A stretch of DNA of 64,000 nucleotides, taken from contig JANOQV010000149.1 in NCBI GenBank assembly GCA_031414955.1, positions 1 to 64,000 of the forward strand. Reading direction: 5' to 3'. The DNA comes from Pedosphaera sp. Lineage in GTDB: Bacteria > Verrucomicrobiota > Verrucomicrobiia > Limisphaerales > SIBH01. The notes beneath the pieces were generated by a model, which saw nothing but the letters and a program-made list of their open reading frames with translations, was not told where the DNA came from and did not search any database. Below are positions 27,535 through 38,868 of the stretch, one piece after another. The stretch's first letter is position 1. Every line of letters starts with the position of its first letter. The translations under genes were made by a program, and so were the position numbers.

Positions 27535-29181
27535 TCACTCCACCACGACGCGCAACTCCAGGCTGGCCGAATGCGTGGCGCTGCCGACGATCATGCGCAT
27601 GGGAACAGTCAGCGTCTGGGTTCCCGTTTTCGGAGCACCTTGCTTTTCCAGAGCCGTGCGCCATTCGGGGCCTTGCAGCGTCACGTCGAACTCCATCTTG
27701 CCGCCATAGACCACGCCATACTGACCGGCGTTGCGCACCCGATACTCGCCACCGGCGTTGCGGGCCTGCCCCTTGCGATCCGGGTTGAACTTCGCCTCGG
27801 CCTGGAGCAATTGAAACGTGATCGGCTGGGTGAAAACGGAGAAGGCGTCGAACACCGTGACCACGCCGCTGAGTTGGATGGTTGCGCCGGAAGCATTCAG
27901 TCGTGCCTCAGCCCGATCAACGCGTAACGAACTCTGCTGGGCCGCCAGTCCAAAGAAGGCCGGAGCGGCGGCGCGCGCGGCACCCGACTTGGGATGCACC
28001 GTGAAGCGCGCGAACATGCCTTCGGTCATGTGATCGGAGACGTGGCAGTGAAAGAGCCACGAGCCGGGATTGTCGGCGTTCATGTCGGCGACTTTCATCG
28101 AGGCGGGCAGCAGTTCAACGACATCGGTCCGGCGGCGTCCCTCCTCGACCACGCGCAGTCCGTGCCAGTGCGCGGTGTGGAAATCCCTTTCCGAACCGAG
28201 CCCATAGAGATACCAGCGGACACGTTCGCCTTCGTTCGCTTCCAAGCCGGTGAGATTACCGAAGACATACCCGTTGATGGCGGCCCGCACGCCCTGTTCG
28301 AGCACCTCCTGAACCTGCCACCAGGGTTTCACGGGCAGGGAGTTGCTGGTGTTCAAGCTGGCGTATTCGGCGGCCTCACGCTCGGCTTCACCGAGCCCGC
28401 TCTCGTCGAAAATCATGAACAGCGCCGCCTGCTCGCGGTCCACGTCGGAGGGCGTGCCGTCCGGTCGGGCGCGCTTCGGGTCGGTAACAACGATTGTGCC
28501 GACGAGGCCAAAGTTCGCCTCCTCGTCGCCGTTGACGTGGCTGTGGTAGAGCCAGCCTTTGGAACTCGGCTCGCCGGGCATGGGTCCAGACTCGGCGTCG
28601 AGCTGCCAGACGTAAGTAAACTTCGCCCCCGGCCCGACCGCCGCACCGCGACCGGGGCGCGGCTCGTAGTGGGCGCCTTCGCTGTCCTTGTCGTAGCGCA
28701 CGCCGTGCGGGTGCATCGAGAGCGGCTGTCCGCCGCGATTGAGAAAGGTCACGGCCAGGTATTCGCCCACCACGCCACGCAAGACCGGGCCAAGAATGCC
28801 GAGGCGCGCGGGCTGGAACATCTTCGAGGCGAAGGTCGCGTCGGTGTATTGCACGTAACGGATTTTGCCGACGCGCCGCTGGTTGAGAATCGGCGGCGGC
28901 AAGGGCTTGCCACAGACCGGATCGAGTCCCTGTGGCGTGTAATCCCACAGCTCCGGCTCGGCCGCGATGTAGTAATGCCGCGTCTTCGCTTCCTCGGGGA
29001 CACGACCGAAAAACTTCCCCCCAAGATCACCCATCTCCGCCGTGATCGTGGGCTGAATGTTGTTGGTCGGCACCGGCGGAACGGGAGGCTGCGCGAGGGC
29101 AATTCCTGTCGCGCAGAAGACTGGCAACAGGACGCCGGAGATCAAATAGCACTGCCATCGCAACGGGCGCGGAATTTTCAC
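27535..29181 (-). CDS. Secreted two-cupredoxin-domain multicopper oxidase with extra C-terminal domain
   Basis: MHPHG, WLYHSH, HTAHWHG, WLFHCHVSDHMTEGM; signal peptide. Confidence 0.9.
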   Translation of the reverse strand: MKIPRPLRWQCYLISGVLLPVFCATGIALAQPPVPPVPTNNIQPTITAEMGDLGGKFFGRVPEEAKTRHYYIAAEPELWDYTPQGLDPVCGKPLPPPILNQRRVGKIRYVQYTDATFASKMFQPARLGILGPVLRGVVGEYLAVTFLNRGGQPLSMHPHGVRYDKDSEGAHYEPRPGRGAAVGPGAKFTYVWQLDAESGPMPGEPSSKGWLYHSHVNGDEEANFGLVGTIVVTDPKRARPDGTPSDVDREQAALFMIFDESGLGEAEREAAEYASLNTSNSLPVKPWWQVQEVLEQGVRAAINGYVFGNLTGLEANEGERVRWYLYGLGSERDFHTAHWHGLRVVEEGRRRTDVVELLPASMKVADMNADNPGSWLFHCHVSDHMTEGMFARFTVHPKSGAARAAAPAFFGLAAQQSSLRVDRAEARLNASGATIQLSGVVTVFDAFSVFTQPITFQLLQAEAKFNPDRKGQARNAGGEYRVRNAGQYGVVYGGKMEFDVTLQGPEWRTALEKQGAPKTGTQTLTVPMRMIVGSATHSASLELRVVVE

Positions 29182-29223
29182 GTCAGGAGTCTAGCCGTAA
29201 CCATGCGCTTGCGAAAACATTTT

Positions 29224-29350
29224 AACCACGGACGGACACGAATGAACACGGATGGGGGAAACCGGAGCCTCACGCAAAGTCCGCAAAGGGCGCGACGGAC
29301 GGAGTTGGGAGATGAATTCCTTGGCGCCCTTTGCGTACTTTGCGTGAGGC
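29224..29350. repeat. Composite periodic/inverted repeat
   Basis: aaccacggacggacacgaatgaacacggat arm, followed by the inverted pair gcctcacgcaaagtccgcaaagggcgc ... gcgccctttgcgtactttgcgtgaggc. Confidence 0.7.
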
Positions 29351-29370
29351 ACTCCCGTTTCTTCGTCTGC

Positions 29371-30258
29371 TCAGAGCTTCCGCCCGGTCAGGCGTGTGAA
29401 CGCCTCCAGATACTTCTCCTGCGTCTTCTGCACCACGAAGTCAGGAAGCGGCGGCGCGGGCGGCTGCTTGTTCCAGGCGATGCGTTCCAGATAGTCGCGG
29501 AGGAACTGCTTGTCGAAGCTGGGCTGGCCGCGACCGGCCTCGTATTCGTCCGCCGGCCAGAAGCGCGATGAGTCGGGCGTCAGCACCTCGTCGATGAGGA
29601 TCAGCTTCCCATCGAAGACGCCGAACTCGAACTTGGTGTCAGCGATGATGATGCCTCGGTCATGGGCATAGGCACAGGCCGCCTGGTAGATTTGCAGGCT
29701 GTAGGCCCGGGCCTGCTCCGCGATGTCCCGACCGACGATTTCCACGGCGCGTTCAAAAGAGATGTTCTCGTCGTGGCCGGTCTCAGCCTTGGTCGCGGGC
29801 GTGAAGATCGGCTCGGGCAGGCGCGACGACTCGGTCAGCCCCTCCGGCAGCTTGATCCCGCAGACAGTTTGCGAGACTTGATATTCCTTCCAACCCGAAC
29901 CAGACAAGTAGCCGCGCACCACGCACTCGATGGCGAGCGGTTTCGCCTTCTTCACGATCATGCTGCGGCCTTCGAGCAGCGGCGTGAACTGGCGGAGATG
30001 GTCCGGCAACGGGTCGCGCGCCTTCGCCAGCAGATGGTTCGGCACGAGCGCGGCGAATTTCTCGAACCAGAAGTGCGAGATCTGGGTCAGCACCTCGCCT
30101 TTGCGCGGGATGCCGCTGGGCATGATGCAATCGAACGCCGAGACGCGGTCGGTGGCGACCATGAGGAAGGCGTCGCCGAGATCGAACAACTCGCGCACCT
30201 TGCCGCTGCGAATCTTCGGAATGCCGGGCAACTCAATCTGCAACAACGGTTCTGACAT
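29371..30258 (-). CDS. purC: Phosphoribosylaminoimidazole-succinocarboxamide (SAICAR) synthase
   Basis: SGKVRE, DRVSAFD, ECVVRGYLSGSGW, IADTKFEFG, DEVLTPDSSRFW, SFDKQ. Confidence 0.97.
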   Translation of the reverse strand: MSEPLLQIELPGIPKIRSGKVRELFDLGDAFLMVATDRVSAFDCIMPSGIPRKGEVLTQISHFWFEKFAALVPNHLLAKARDPLPDHLRQFTPLLEGRSMIVKKAKPLAIECVVRGYLSGSGWKEYQVSQTVCGIKLPEGLTESSRLPEPIFTPATKAETGHDENISFERAVEIVGRDIAEQARAYSLQIYQAACAYAHDRGIIIADTKFEFGVFDGKLILIDEVLTPDSSRFWPADEYEAGRGQPSFDKQFLRDYLERIAWNKQPPAPPLPDFVVQKTQEKYLEAFTRLTGRKL

Positions 30259-30348
30259 GGGCGCGAGGATGGGATGGCGCGGTTCAAAGTTCAAAGTTCA
30301 AAGTTGGAGCAGGCCTGGGCACGGAAAAGGTCCATTGAACAAATGCGA

Positions 30349-30443
30349 GGAGCGCGGACCGCCGAGTCCGCGTGTTCATGACTCTCCGTAGACACCGTGA
30401 TTTCGGCGGCATTAGATCACGCGGACATGGCTGTCCGCGCTCC
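30349..30443. repeat. REPIN-like inverted pair downstream of dusB
   Basis: ggagcgcggaccgccgagtccgcgtg ... cacgcggacatggctgtccgcgctcc. Confidence 0.7.
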
Positions 30444-30450
30444 TTCCGTT

Positions 30451-31557
30451 TCACCACACTTCCACCGGCCCCTTGGGCACGGGGATGGACTGGCGGGCCG
30501 CGACGCCCGGCTCTTGCATGAAGGAAGCGACCATTGGCCCGAGGCGGTAGCGCGGCTGGAGTTCACCCGTCTCGTCGAGAAACTGGGCCCGCCACTGGAT
30601 GAATTCGCGCAAGATTTCATCGAACTCGGCCCGCGACTTGAGCAACACGACGCGCTTGTTGAACACGCTCGAAGGGCCGAACCGCTTGGCGTACCACGGC
30701 GCGACTTTGCGGAACATCCGGCAGCCGTGCTCCTCGCCGAAGACTTCCATCATCAAGTCGAGATGCCGGCACATGACGCGCACGCGCTCGGTGAACGACG
30801 GCTCGGCGGGCAGCTCACCGGTGTCGAGGAACTGGCGCGTGTGAACAAACATCCACGGATTGTAGAACGCGCCGCGCCCGATGCTCACGCCCGCGCAACC
30901 CGTCTCGTCGAACATCTTCTTCGCGGCCTGCGGCGTGGTCACGTCCCCGTTGCCGATGACAGGAATGTTGTTCACCGCAGCGACCACCTTCTGAATGCCA
31001 CGCAAATTGACCGTGCCGCCAAAGCCCTGCTCGCGAGTTCTTCCGTGGACAAAGATGGCGGCAACACCTGCGCCCTCCAATGCGCGCGCCAGATCGGGCG
31101 CGGTGATGTTGTCGTCGTCCCAGCCGAGCCGCATCTTGGCCGTCACCGGAATCTTCAGCGCGTCTACCATGCCGCGGACGAGCGCGGCAGTCTTGTCCAG
31201 TTCGGTCATCATGGCCGAGCCGCCGCCGACGCGGCACACCTTCTTCACCGGGCAGCCCATGTTGATGTCGATGGAGGAAATGCCGCGCTCCGCCAGCATC
31301 ACGGCGGCATCGCGCATCTCCCCGGGCACGGAGCCGAACAGTTGCACCGCGAGCGGGCGGTCCGCAGGACAGGTCTCGATGAGCTTGAAGGCCTTGGGGT
31401 TCTTTTCGAGCAGCGAGCGCGCGTTGACCAGGTCGGTCGTGGCGAGATCCAGGCCGCCGACTTCGCGCAAGGCGAGCCGGAAAGGCAGGTTCGTGTAGCC
31501 GGCCAGCGGCGACAGGAACAGGTTGGATTTCAACTCAAGCGAGCCGAAGCAAATCAT
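30451..31557 (-). CDS. dusB: tRNA-dihydrouridine synthase B
   Basis: SPLAG, QLFG, DINMGCPV.KV, TAKMRLGW, HGRT, GNGDV, GRGA..NPW. Confidence 0.93.
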   Translation of the reverse strand: MICFGSLELKSNLFLSPLAGYTNLPFRLALREVGGLDLATTDLVNARSLLEKNPKAFKLIETCPADRPLAVQLFGSVPGEMRDAAVMLAERGISSIDINMGCPVKKVCRVGGGSAMMTELDKTAALVRGMVDALKIPVTAKMRLGWDDDNITAPDLARALEGAGVAAIFVHGRTREQGFGGTVNLRGIQKVVAAVNNIPVIGNGDVTTPQAAKKMFDETGCAGVSIGRGAFYNPWMFVHTRQFLDTGELPAEPSFTERVRVMCRHLDLMMEVFGEEHGCRMFRKVAPWYAKRFGPSSVFNKRVVLLKSRAEFDEILREFIQWRAQFLDETGELQPRYRLGPMVASFMQEPGVAARQSIPVPKGPVEVW

Positions 31558-31739
31558 CGCCGGGCAATAAACACCAAACGCCCAGCGCCAGACATCAAAT
31601 AAACACCCGGCGCCAAGCCTGAGCCGGACGCGGGAGGATGACCGGCGGACAGTTTTGCGTCTGGTTGAAATCTAAATTTTGAAGGTTGTTGGAGTTTGGA
31701 GTTGGGGGTTGGGAGTCTTTCCTTCTAGGCTGATTGACA

Positions 31740-32684
31740 ATGAGCGCATTGCCAAAGCCAGACGTGATCCTGACCCACGAAAGCGACCTCGACGGTTTCC
31801 TGTCGGGCCTGCTGCTACAACGCCTCGCCATGCATCTGTTCGGCACAGAGATCCCGCTGGAGGCCTACCATTATCAGGCCTGGAAACTGCGCGAGATGCG
31901 GGAGCGGTGCGCCTGGGTTTGCGACTTTGGCTTCGAGGCCCGGCTGGACCGTCCGGATTGGGTCGTCATCGATCATCATCCGACGGAATTGAAACCCGCG
32001 CACGCCCGGCTCATCCACGATTTGGGAAAATCGGCGGGCAGCCTTTGCTATGACCTTTGCACCGCCCAGGGCATCGGCTCGCCGGAACTGGACCAACTCG
32101 TCCGCTGGAACAACATCTCAGACTTGTTCCTGGAGGAAGATCCGGAATTCGCCGTCGCGAGCGATTACGCGAACCTGGTGAAAGTCTATAATTTCTGGAA
32201 TCTCCACGCCCTCCTCCAGGGCCGCGTGGAGCGATTGGTGAATCATCCCTTGCTCGAGGTGATGGCGGTGAAGCGCCGCATCGAGGATCCGCTGGGCTTC
32301 GAGTGGAGCCGCAAGAACATCGTCGAGGTCAGCCCGACGGTGGGTTTCGTGGAAACGGTCATCGGCAACACCAACCTGGTCGTGCATCAACTGCTCCATG
32401 CCGACGTGACGCGATTTCCCGTGCTGCTCACCATGTTCAAGAAGGCCAACAACCAGTTCATCGTCAGCCTGCGCAGCCGCCACGGTGAGGCGCTGCCCGC
32501 CGCGCTCAGGCTCCAGGGTGGCGGCCACGCCAACGCCAGCGGTGCGGTGCTGCCGCGCTCGGTGCGCAACGTGACGGAGGCGGTGGATTATCTCCGGCGC
32601 GCCTTTAATCCCTCTCCCACCGGCAGCAGCGGGATGAACTCGCTCGCCGGAGCCTTCGCGGCGCTCGAAGCAGAAAAGCGTTGA
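31740..32684 (+). CDS. DHH/DHHA1 family phosphoesterase
   Basis: THESDLDG, CDF, IDHH, SLRS, GGGHANASG. Confidence 0.88.
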   Translation: MSALPKPDVILTHESDLDGFLSGLLLQRLAMHLFGTEIPLEAYHYQAWKLREMRERCAWVCDFGFEARLDRPDWVVIDHHPTELKPAHARLIHDLGKSAGSLCYDLCTAQGIGSPELDQLVRWNNISDLFLEEDPEFAVASDYANLVKVYNFWNLHALLQGRVERLVNHPLLEVMAVKRRIEDPLGFEWSRKNIVEVSPTVGFVETVIGNTNLVVHQLLHADVTRFPVLLTMFKKANNQFIVSLRSRHGEALPAALRLQGGGHANASGAVLPRSVRNVTEAVDYLRRAFNPSPTGSSGMNSLAGAFAALEAEKR

Positions 32685-32740
32685 ACCGGACGACCTCCGC
32701 TCAGAAAAACGCGCCCCCCTTTCGAGACTTGAGCAGGCTC

Positions 32741-33646
32741 CTAGTCGCGGTCACCCCGTGGGTCGCAGGCGTCGCGCAAGCCATCACCGAGGAAGTTCAG
32801 CGCCAAGAGCGTACTGATGAGCATCAGGCCCGGGTAGAGCAGCATCCACCAGTAGATGCGGATGGGATTTAACTGCCGCGCGCCCTCCGCGATGAGCGAA
32901 CCCCAACTCGCCATGGGCGGCTTGATGCCCATGCCGAGGAAGCTGAGGAAACTTTCGTAGAGAATCACCGACGGCACGGTGAGCGTGAGGTAAACGAGAA
33001 TCACGCCGGCCACATTAGGCAGGATGTGCCGGAAGAGAATGCGCGCGTGGCTCGCCCCCAACGCGCGGCTGGCGTCGATGAACTGGCGGTTCTTCACCGA
33101 GAGCACCTGCCCGCGCACGATGCGGGACATGGTCAGCCACGACACCGCGCCGATACCGACAAAGAGCAGCACCAGGCGCAACCCGGTTTCGTTTTCGCTG
33201 ATGAAGCTGTTGGGCTTGGCCGTGGCAATGAATCCATTCAGCACGGCGATGAGCAGGATCACAAAAATCACCGTGGGCAGGGAATAGAGGATGTCCACGA
33301 TGCGCATCATCAGCGTGTCCGTGCGCCCGCCGGTGTAGCCGGCAATGGCACCCCAGAGCACGCCGATGACCAGGCTCACGCCCGCGCCCACCGCGCCGAC
33401 AAGCAGCGAGATGCGTCCGCCGGTCAGGGCGCGGGCAAAGAGGTCGCGACCATGGATGTCAGTGCCGAACCAGTGCGCGGAGGAAGGCGGGGAGAATTGC
33501 TGATTGCCACCCTCATTCGGAGGCTGCGTCGGGAAGAACAAGATCGCGAGCAGCATCAGGCCAAGGAACACCAGGCTGGCCACAGCCGGCTTGTGGCGGC
33601 GAAAGCGGCGCAGGGCGCGCTGATGGGGGCTGAGAGGGGCGGTCAT
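32741..33646 (-). CDS. oppC: Oligopeptide ABC transporter permease
   Basis: HWFGTDIHGRD, RIVRGQVLS, A.RALGA, RHILPN, ESFLSFLG, N.LGDGLRDA.DP. Confidence 0.9.
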   Translation of the reverse strand: MTAPLSPHQRALRRFRRHKPAVASLVFLGLMLLAILFFPTQPPNEGGNQQFSPPSSAHWFGTDIHGRDLFARALTGGRISLLVGAVGAGVSLVIGVLWGAIAGYTGGRTDTLMMRIVDILYSLPTVIFVILLIAVLNGFIATAKPNSFISENETGLRLVLLFVGIGAVSWLTMSRIVRGQVLSVKNRQFIDASRALGASHARILFRHILPNVAGVILVYLTLTVPSVILYESFLSFLGMGIKPPMASWGSLIAEGARQLNPIRIYWWMLLYPGLMLISTLLALNFLGDGLRDACDPRGDRD

Positions 33647-33659
33647 GGAAGCAAACGAG

Positions 33660-33798
33660 AAACACCAAACACCAAGCACCAAACATCAGATAAGCTCCAA
33701 ACATCAATCTCCACCCCGCTGTCACGCACCGCCGAGCCGCCTGTTGGGGTTTGGGGCTTGGTGTTTGTTTGATGTTTGATGTTTGACGTTTGGTGTTT
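33660..33798. repeat. Inverted arrays of 7-nt units (CACCAAA / TTTGRTG) between oppB and oppC
   Basis: aaacaccaaacaccaagcaccaaacatcag ... tttgatgtttgatgtttgacgtttggtgttt. Confidence 0.8.
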
Positions 33799-33810
33799 CA
33801 TCACAACAAT

Positions 33811-34725
33811 TCACTCATACTTCACTCTCGGATCCAGCAGCGTGTAGGTGAAATCAACGAGCATGTTCAGGCCGAGCAGGAGCACCGCGTAGAGCAACGT
33901 CAGGCCGGTGGTCATGGCGTAGTCGCGGTTCTCGACGCTGGTCACGACGAAGATGCCGATGCCGGGCAGACCGAAGGCGCTCTCGACCACGAAGGAACCG
34001 GTGAGCACGTCGGCGAGCATCGGACCGGAATAGGAAACCACGGGCAGCACGGCCAGGCGGAAGGCGTGTTTCCAGAGCAGCCGCGTTTCACTCATGCCCT
34101 TCGCGCGCGCGGCGGTGATGAAAGGCTGTTGCAGCACCTCGGTCATGCCCTCGCGGAAAAGCCGCGCGATGCGGCCCGAGTAGTAAAGGCCCAGCGCCGC
34201 CATCGGCAGGATCGCATGGCTCAGTCCGCCCCACAGTCCGGCCGGCAGCCAGCCGAGTTTGAGCGCGAAAATCATGATCAGGATCGGCCCGACAATGAGC
34301 GACGGGATGCAGAAGCAGAGCAGCGCGATGAAGCTGCCGATGTGATCGCCCCATTGGCCGCGCTTCACGGCCGTGTAGAACCCCAGTGGGAGGCCGATGC
34401 CTTGCGCGAAACAGAACGCCATCAAGCCCAGCATGAGCGACACGGGCAGCGCATCCGCGATGATGTCATTGACCGAGTGATCGCGGTATTGGGTCGAGGG
34501 ACCGAGATCACCTTTCACCAGGTCGCGGGCGTAGTATCCGTATTGAACAAGGAACGGCTCGTTGAGGTGATACTTCGCGAGCTGCATCTTCCGAATCTCC
34601 TCGGAAGCAGGCGCACGCGCGGTGTCGAAGGGGCCGCCCGGCACGAGCCGCAGAAGGGTGAAGGTCAGGAAGCTGATGATCAGCAGCACCGGAAACATCA
34701 ACGCGAATCGTTTCAGGTAGTACAT
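33811..34725 (-). CDS. oppB: Oligopeptide ABC transporter permease
   Basis: PGGPF, GDLGPS, ARAKG.SE, E.AFGLPGIG, NRDY, LDPRV. Confidence 0.9.
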   Translation of the reverse strand: MYYLKRFALMFPVLLIISFLTFTLLRLVPGGPFDTARAPASEEIRKMQLAKYHLNEPFLVQYGYYARDLVKGDLGPSTQYRDHSVNDIIADALPVSLMLGLMAFCFAQGIGLPLGFYTAVKRGQWGDHIGSFIALLCFCIPSLIVGPILIMIFALKLGWLPAGLWGGLSHAILPMAALGLYYSGRIARLFREGMTEVLQQPFITAARAKGMSETRLLWKHAFRLAVLPVVSYSGPMLADVLTGSFVVESAFGLPGIGIFVVTSVENRDYAMTTGLTLLYAVLLLGLNMLVDFTYTLLDPRVKYE

Positions 34726-34727
34726 GG

Positions 34728-36392
34728 TCAGCGTGGGTTGCGCGAATTACTGGCTGGTTTCTTTCGATACATCGCGGAGACGGCATGTTCGTCGAGCAGG
34801 TTGCCCCAGATGCCGCCGATTTCATCCGGGCGGTAAAGATTGATTCCCTTTTCGTGAAAGATCGGCACGAGCGGCACGTCATCGCGCACCAGAATCGTCT
34901 CGGCTTGCTTGAGCAGCGCGGCGCGCTTTTTCACATCCACCTCGGCGTTGGCCTCGCGGATCAGCGAATCATAGCGCGCGTTGCTCCAGCCGGTGCGGTT
35001 GTTGCCGTTGTTGGACATGAACAGGTCGAGAAAAGTGTTGGGGTCATTGTAGTCGCCAATCCAACTGCTGTAGGAAACGTCGAAGTTGGTCCGGCCTTGC
35101 TCCAAGAGATAGACCTTCCACTCCATCTGTTGAATCTCCATGTGAATGCCCAGTTCCTTCGCCCACATTTCCTTCAGCTCGATGGCGATGTGCGATTGCA
35201 GAACCATGTTCGGCATCAGGTAACGAAAGATCGGAAAACCCTTGCCACCTGGATAGCCGGCCTCGGCGAGCAGCTTGCGCGCAGCCTCGGGATTGTAGGG
35301 CAGCCCCTCCGGCCCCTCGTAGCCGCGCGTGCCGGGCGGCGTCATGCCAGTGGCGAGCCGTTCGCCCCCGCGTGAAATACCCTCAATGATGCGCCGTCTG
35401 TCCACGGCCAGGCCGAGCGCCCGGCGCACGCGCAGATCATTGAAGGGCGGGCGCGTGATGTTGTAGCGGTAGAAGAACGTGGCCAGCACCTCGAAGCCGT
35501 GGAAATAAGGCTCCTCCCGGAGTTTGTCCATCAACTCGGAGGGCATGCGGCGTTTGTCGAAAATCAGGTCGGCATCGCCTTGCAGGAAAATGTTCAGGCA
35601 AAAATTTGGATCGTGCTGCGGAAGAAAATCCACGGTGTTCACTTGGACGTTCGCGGCGTCCCAGTAGCGCGGATTCTTGACCACGCGGATGCGATCATTG
35701 ACGCGCCAGAGCTGAAGCGTGAACGCGCCGCTGAAGGGCGTGCCGGGCGCGCGCACCCAACGGTCGCCGTGCTTTTCGATGGCCTGACGCGGGACGACCG
35801 CGAGCGTGCGAAAGGCGCACAGATCGGGAAAGAACGCGGTCGGGGCGACGAGTTCAACCCGCAGCGTGCGATCATCCAGCGCCCGCACGCCCATGTCTTC
35901 GCCGGTATAGCGGCGGCCGGTGGCGGGGTTGGTCTGGCCGGTGCAGTAGGCCTCGGCGTTCTTGATGTAGAAAAGCTGGCCCGCGTAATCGGCGGCGGTT
36001 TCAGGCGCGGCGGCGCGACGCCAGGACCAGACGAAATCGTGAGCGGTAATCGGCTCACCCGTGGACCAGAGCGCATTGCTGCGAATGAAAAACGCATAGA
36101 CCAGTCCATCGGTGGATTTCTCGTAGCGCTCGGCGATGGCGGGCACGGGTTCGCCGGTCTCGGGATGAAATTGCAGCAAGCCCTCGAACAAGGAAGACGC
36201 GGCCCGCCCATCCGGCTGCCCGCTGAGGATGGCCGGATCGAGCGACTGCGGTTCCGCGCCATTCACCAGCACGAGATCCGCACGCGGTTCCCGGCGCGAG
36301 CAGGCAGAAGCAAAGAGCAGGGTGGAAGCTGCGATGATCGAAAAGCAAAACGCCCTCCGCCGGAGCAGGAGGGCGTTCGCAAACCGAATCAT
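34728..36392 (-). CDS. oppA: Oligopeptide ABC transporter substrate-binding lipoprotein
   Basis: Lipobox-like ASAC, EPQSLDP, LFEGL, WS.GEPITA.DFV.SW, WIGDY.DP.TFL. Confidence 0.9.
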   Translation of the reverse strand: MIRFANALLLRRRAFCFSIIAASTLLFASACSRREPRADLVLVNGAEPQSLDPAILSGQPDGRAASSLFEGLLQFHPETGEPVPAIAERYEKSTDGLVYAFFIRSNALWSTGEPITAHDFVWSWRRAAAPETAADYAGQLFYIKNAEAYCTGQTNPATGRRYTGEDMGVRALDDRTLRVELVAPTAFFPDLCAFRTLAVVPRQAIEKHGDRWVRAPGTPFSGAFTLQLWRVNDRIRVVKNPRYWDAANVQVNTVDFLPQHDPNFCLNIFLQGDADLIFDKRRMPSELMDKLREEPYFHGFEVLATFFYRYNITRPPFNDLRVRRALGLAVDRRRIIEGISRGGERLATGMTPPGTRGYEGPEGLPYNPEAARKLLAEAGYPGGKGFPIFRYLMPNMVLQSHIAIELKEMWAKELGIHMEIQQMEWKVYLLEQGRTNFDVSYSSWIGDYNDPNTFLDLFMSNNGNNRTGWSNARYDSLIREANAEVDVKKRAALLKQAETILVRDDVPLVPIFHEKGINLYRPDEIGGIWGNLLDEHAVSAMYRKKPASNSRNPR

Positions 36393-36401
36393 CGGCGGCA
36401 G

Positions 36402-36791
36402 CTATTTGGGCGTGGGCGCAGCCGGAGCCTTGAAGTCCAACCCATTCGTCTTCGGCGTCTCGGGGGCCGCCGGAGTAACGGTGGCGGGCGGCGCGGATGT
36501 GATGGCGAGCATCCGTTTCTGCAGGTCACTGCCGCCGCCGCTCTTGTTCAGAACATTGCCCATCAAGGTAAGTGTGATGGCGAGCAGAAAGAAAATACCC
36601 GCACCCCACTTGGTGGCCTTGGTCAGCACGTTGCCGGAACCGGCTCCGAAGAGCGCGTCCGTGGCTGCGCCTCCAAAGGCCTGCCCCATGCCAGCCTCTT
36701 TCTTCGGCAATTGAACAAGCACGAGCAGAATCAGGAAAAGGCAGTCGAGCACCAGCACGGCGGTCAGGAAATAAATAAAAAATGTAAGCAT
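36402..36791 (-). CDS. secG: Preprotein translocase subunit SecG
   Basis: LI.LVLVQ..K..GMG.AFGG...LFG, L.K.T; located after tpiA. Confidence 0.93.
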   Translation of the reverse strand: MLTFFIYFLTAVLVLDCLFLILLVLVQLPKKEAGMGQAFGGAATDALFGAGSGNVLTKATKWGAGIFFLLAITLTLMGNVLNKSGGGSDLQKRMLAITSAPPATVTPAAPETPKTNGLDFKAPAAPTPK

Positions 36792-36797
36792 AGTTTT

Positions 36798-37565
36798 CTA
36801 AATCGAGTTCTTAACAATGTCCGCAAAACTTCGCACTTCCAAGGCCGCCCCGCCGACGAGCGCGCCGTCCACATCGGGCAGCGACATCAACTCCCGCGCG
36901 TTGGCCGGCTTGACGCTGCCACCGTATTGGATGCGCACCTTGCGGGCAACGGTGTCGTCAAACATTCTCGCCACTTGCGCGCGGATGAAGGCATGGGCAT
37001 CCTGGGCCTGTTGCGCCGAGGCCGTCTTGCCCGTTCCGATGGCCCAGACCGGCTCATAGGCGACGACCGTTTCAACCATCTGTTCCTTGGTCAACCCGGC
37101 CAGGCTGCCCTGGACTTGAGTCTCCAGAACCTTCTCCATCCGGCCCGCCTCGCGCTCGGTGAGGGTCTCACCGACACAGACAATCGGCTTCAGGGCGGCG
37201 GCGTGAGCTGCGCGGGCTTTCCTGGAAATCAGTTCATCGCTCTCAAGTTGGAACGAGCGGCGCTCGGAATGACCAAGGATGACGTAGCGCACGGAAAACT
37301 CCTTAAGCATCACCGCCGCGATTTCACCGGTGAAGGCACCCACGTTGTGCTCGCTCATGTTCTGGGCGCCGAGGGCAATGTTCTTGGAGGCGAGGATCGC
37401 CTTGGAGACATCGCTGAGCGCGGTATAGGGCGGGCACACCACGATGTCGGCGTCCTTAACCTTGGCCAACTCCCGGGCCAAGCCGTTCACAAGATCGATG
37501 GACTCGGCCACCGTCTTGTTCATCTTCCAGTTGCCGGCGATGATCAGCTTGCGTTCTTTTTCCAT
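36798..37565 (-). CDS. tpiA: Triosephosphate isomerase
   Basis: AGNWKMN, GHSERR, AYEPVWAIGTG, YGGSV, LVGGA. Confidence 0.98.
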   Translation of the reverse strand: MEKERKLIIAGNWKMNKTVAESIDLVNGLARELAKVKDADIVVCPPYTALSDVSKAILASKNIALGAQNMSEHNVGAFTGEIAAVMLKEFSVRYVILGHSERRSFQLESDELISRKARAAHAAALKPIVCVGETLTEREAGRMEKVLETQVQGSLAGLTKEQMVETVVAYEPVWAIGTGKTASAQQAQDAHAFIRAQVARMFDDTVARKVRIQYGGSVKPANARELMSLPDVDGALVGGAALEVRSFADIVKNSI

Positions 37566-37592
37566 TGGGTAGAGTGCGGAGTTAGGATTGAA

Positions 37593-38852
<1,260 letters not shown>

Positions 38853-38868
38853 AAGAAACAGGGGAGAG

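Noticed and set aside
26512..33798. Possible CRISPR arrays at the periodic repeats
   Set aside because: Units are 7-9 nt, inverted, and lack unique spacers; no cas genes in the window
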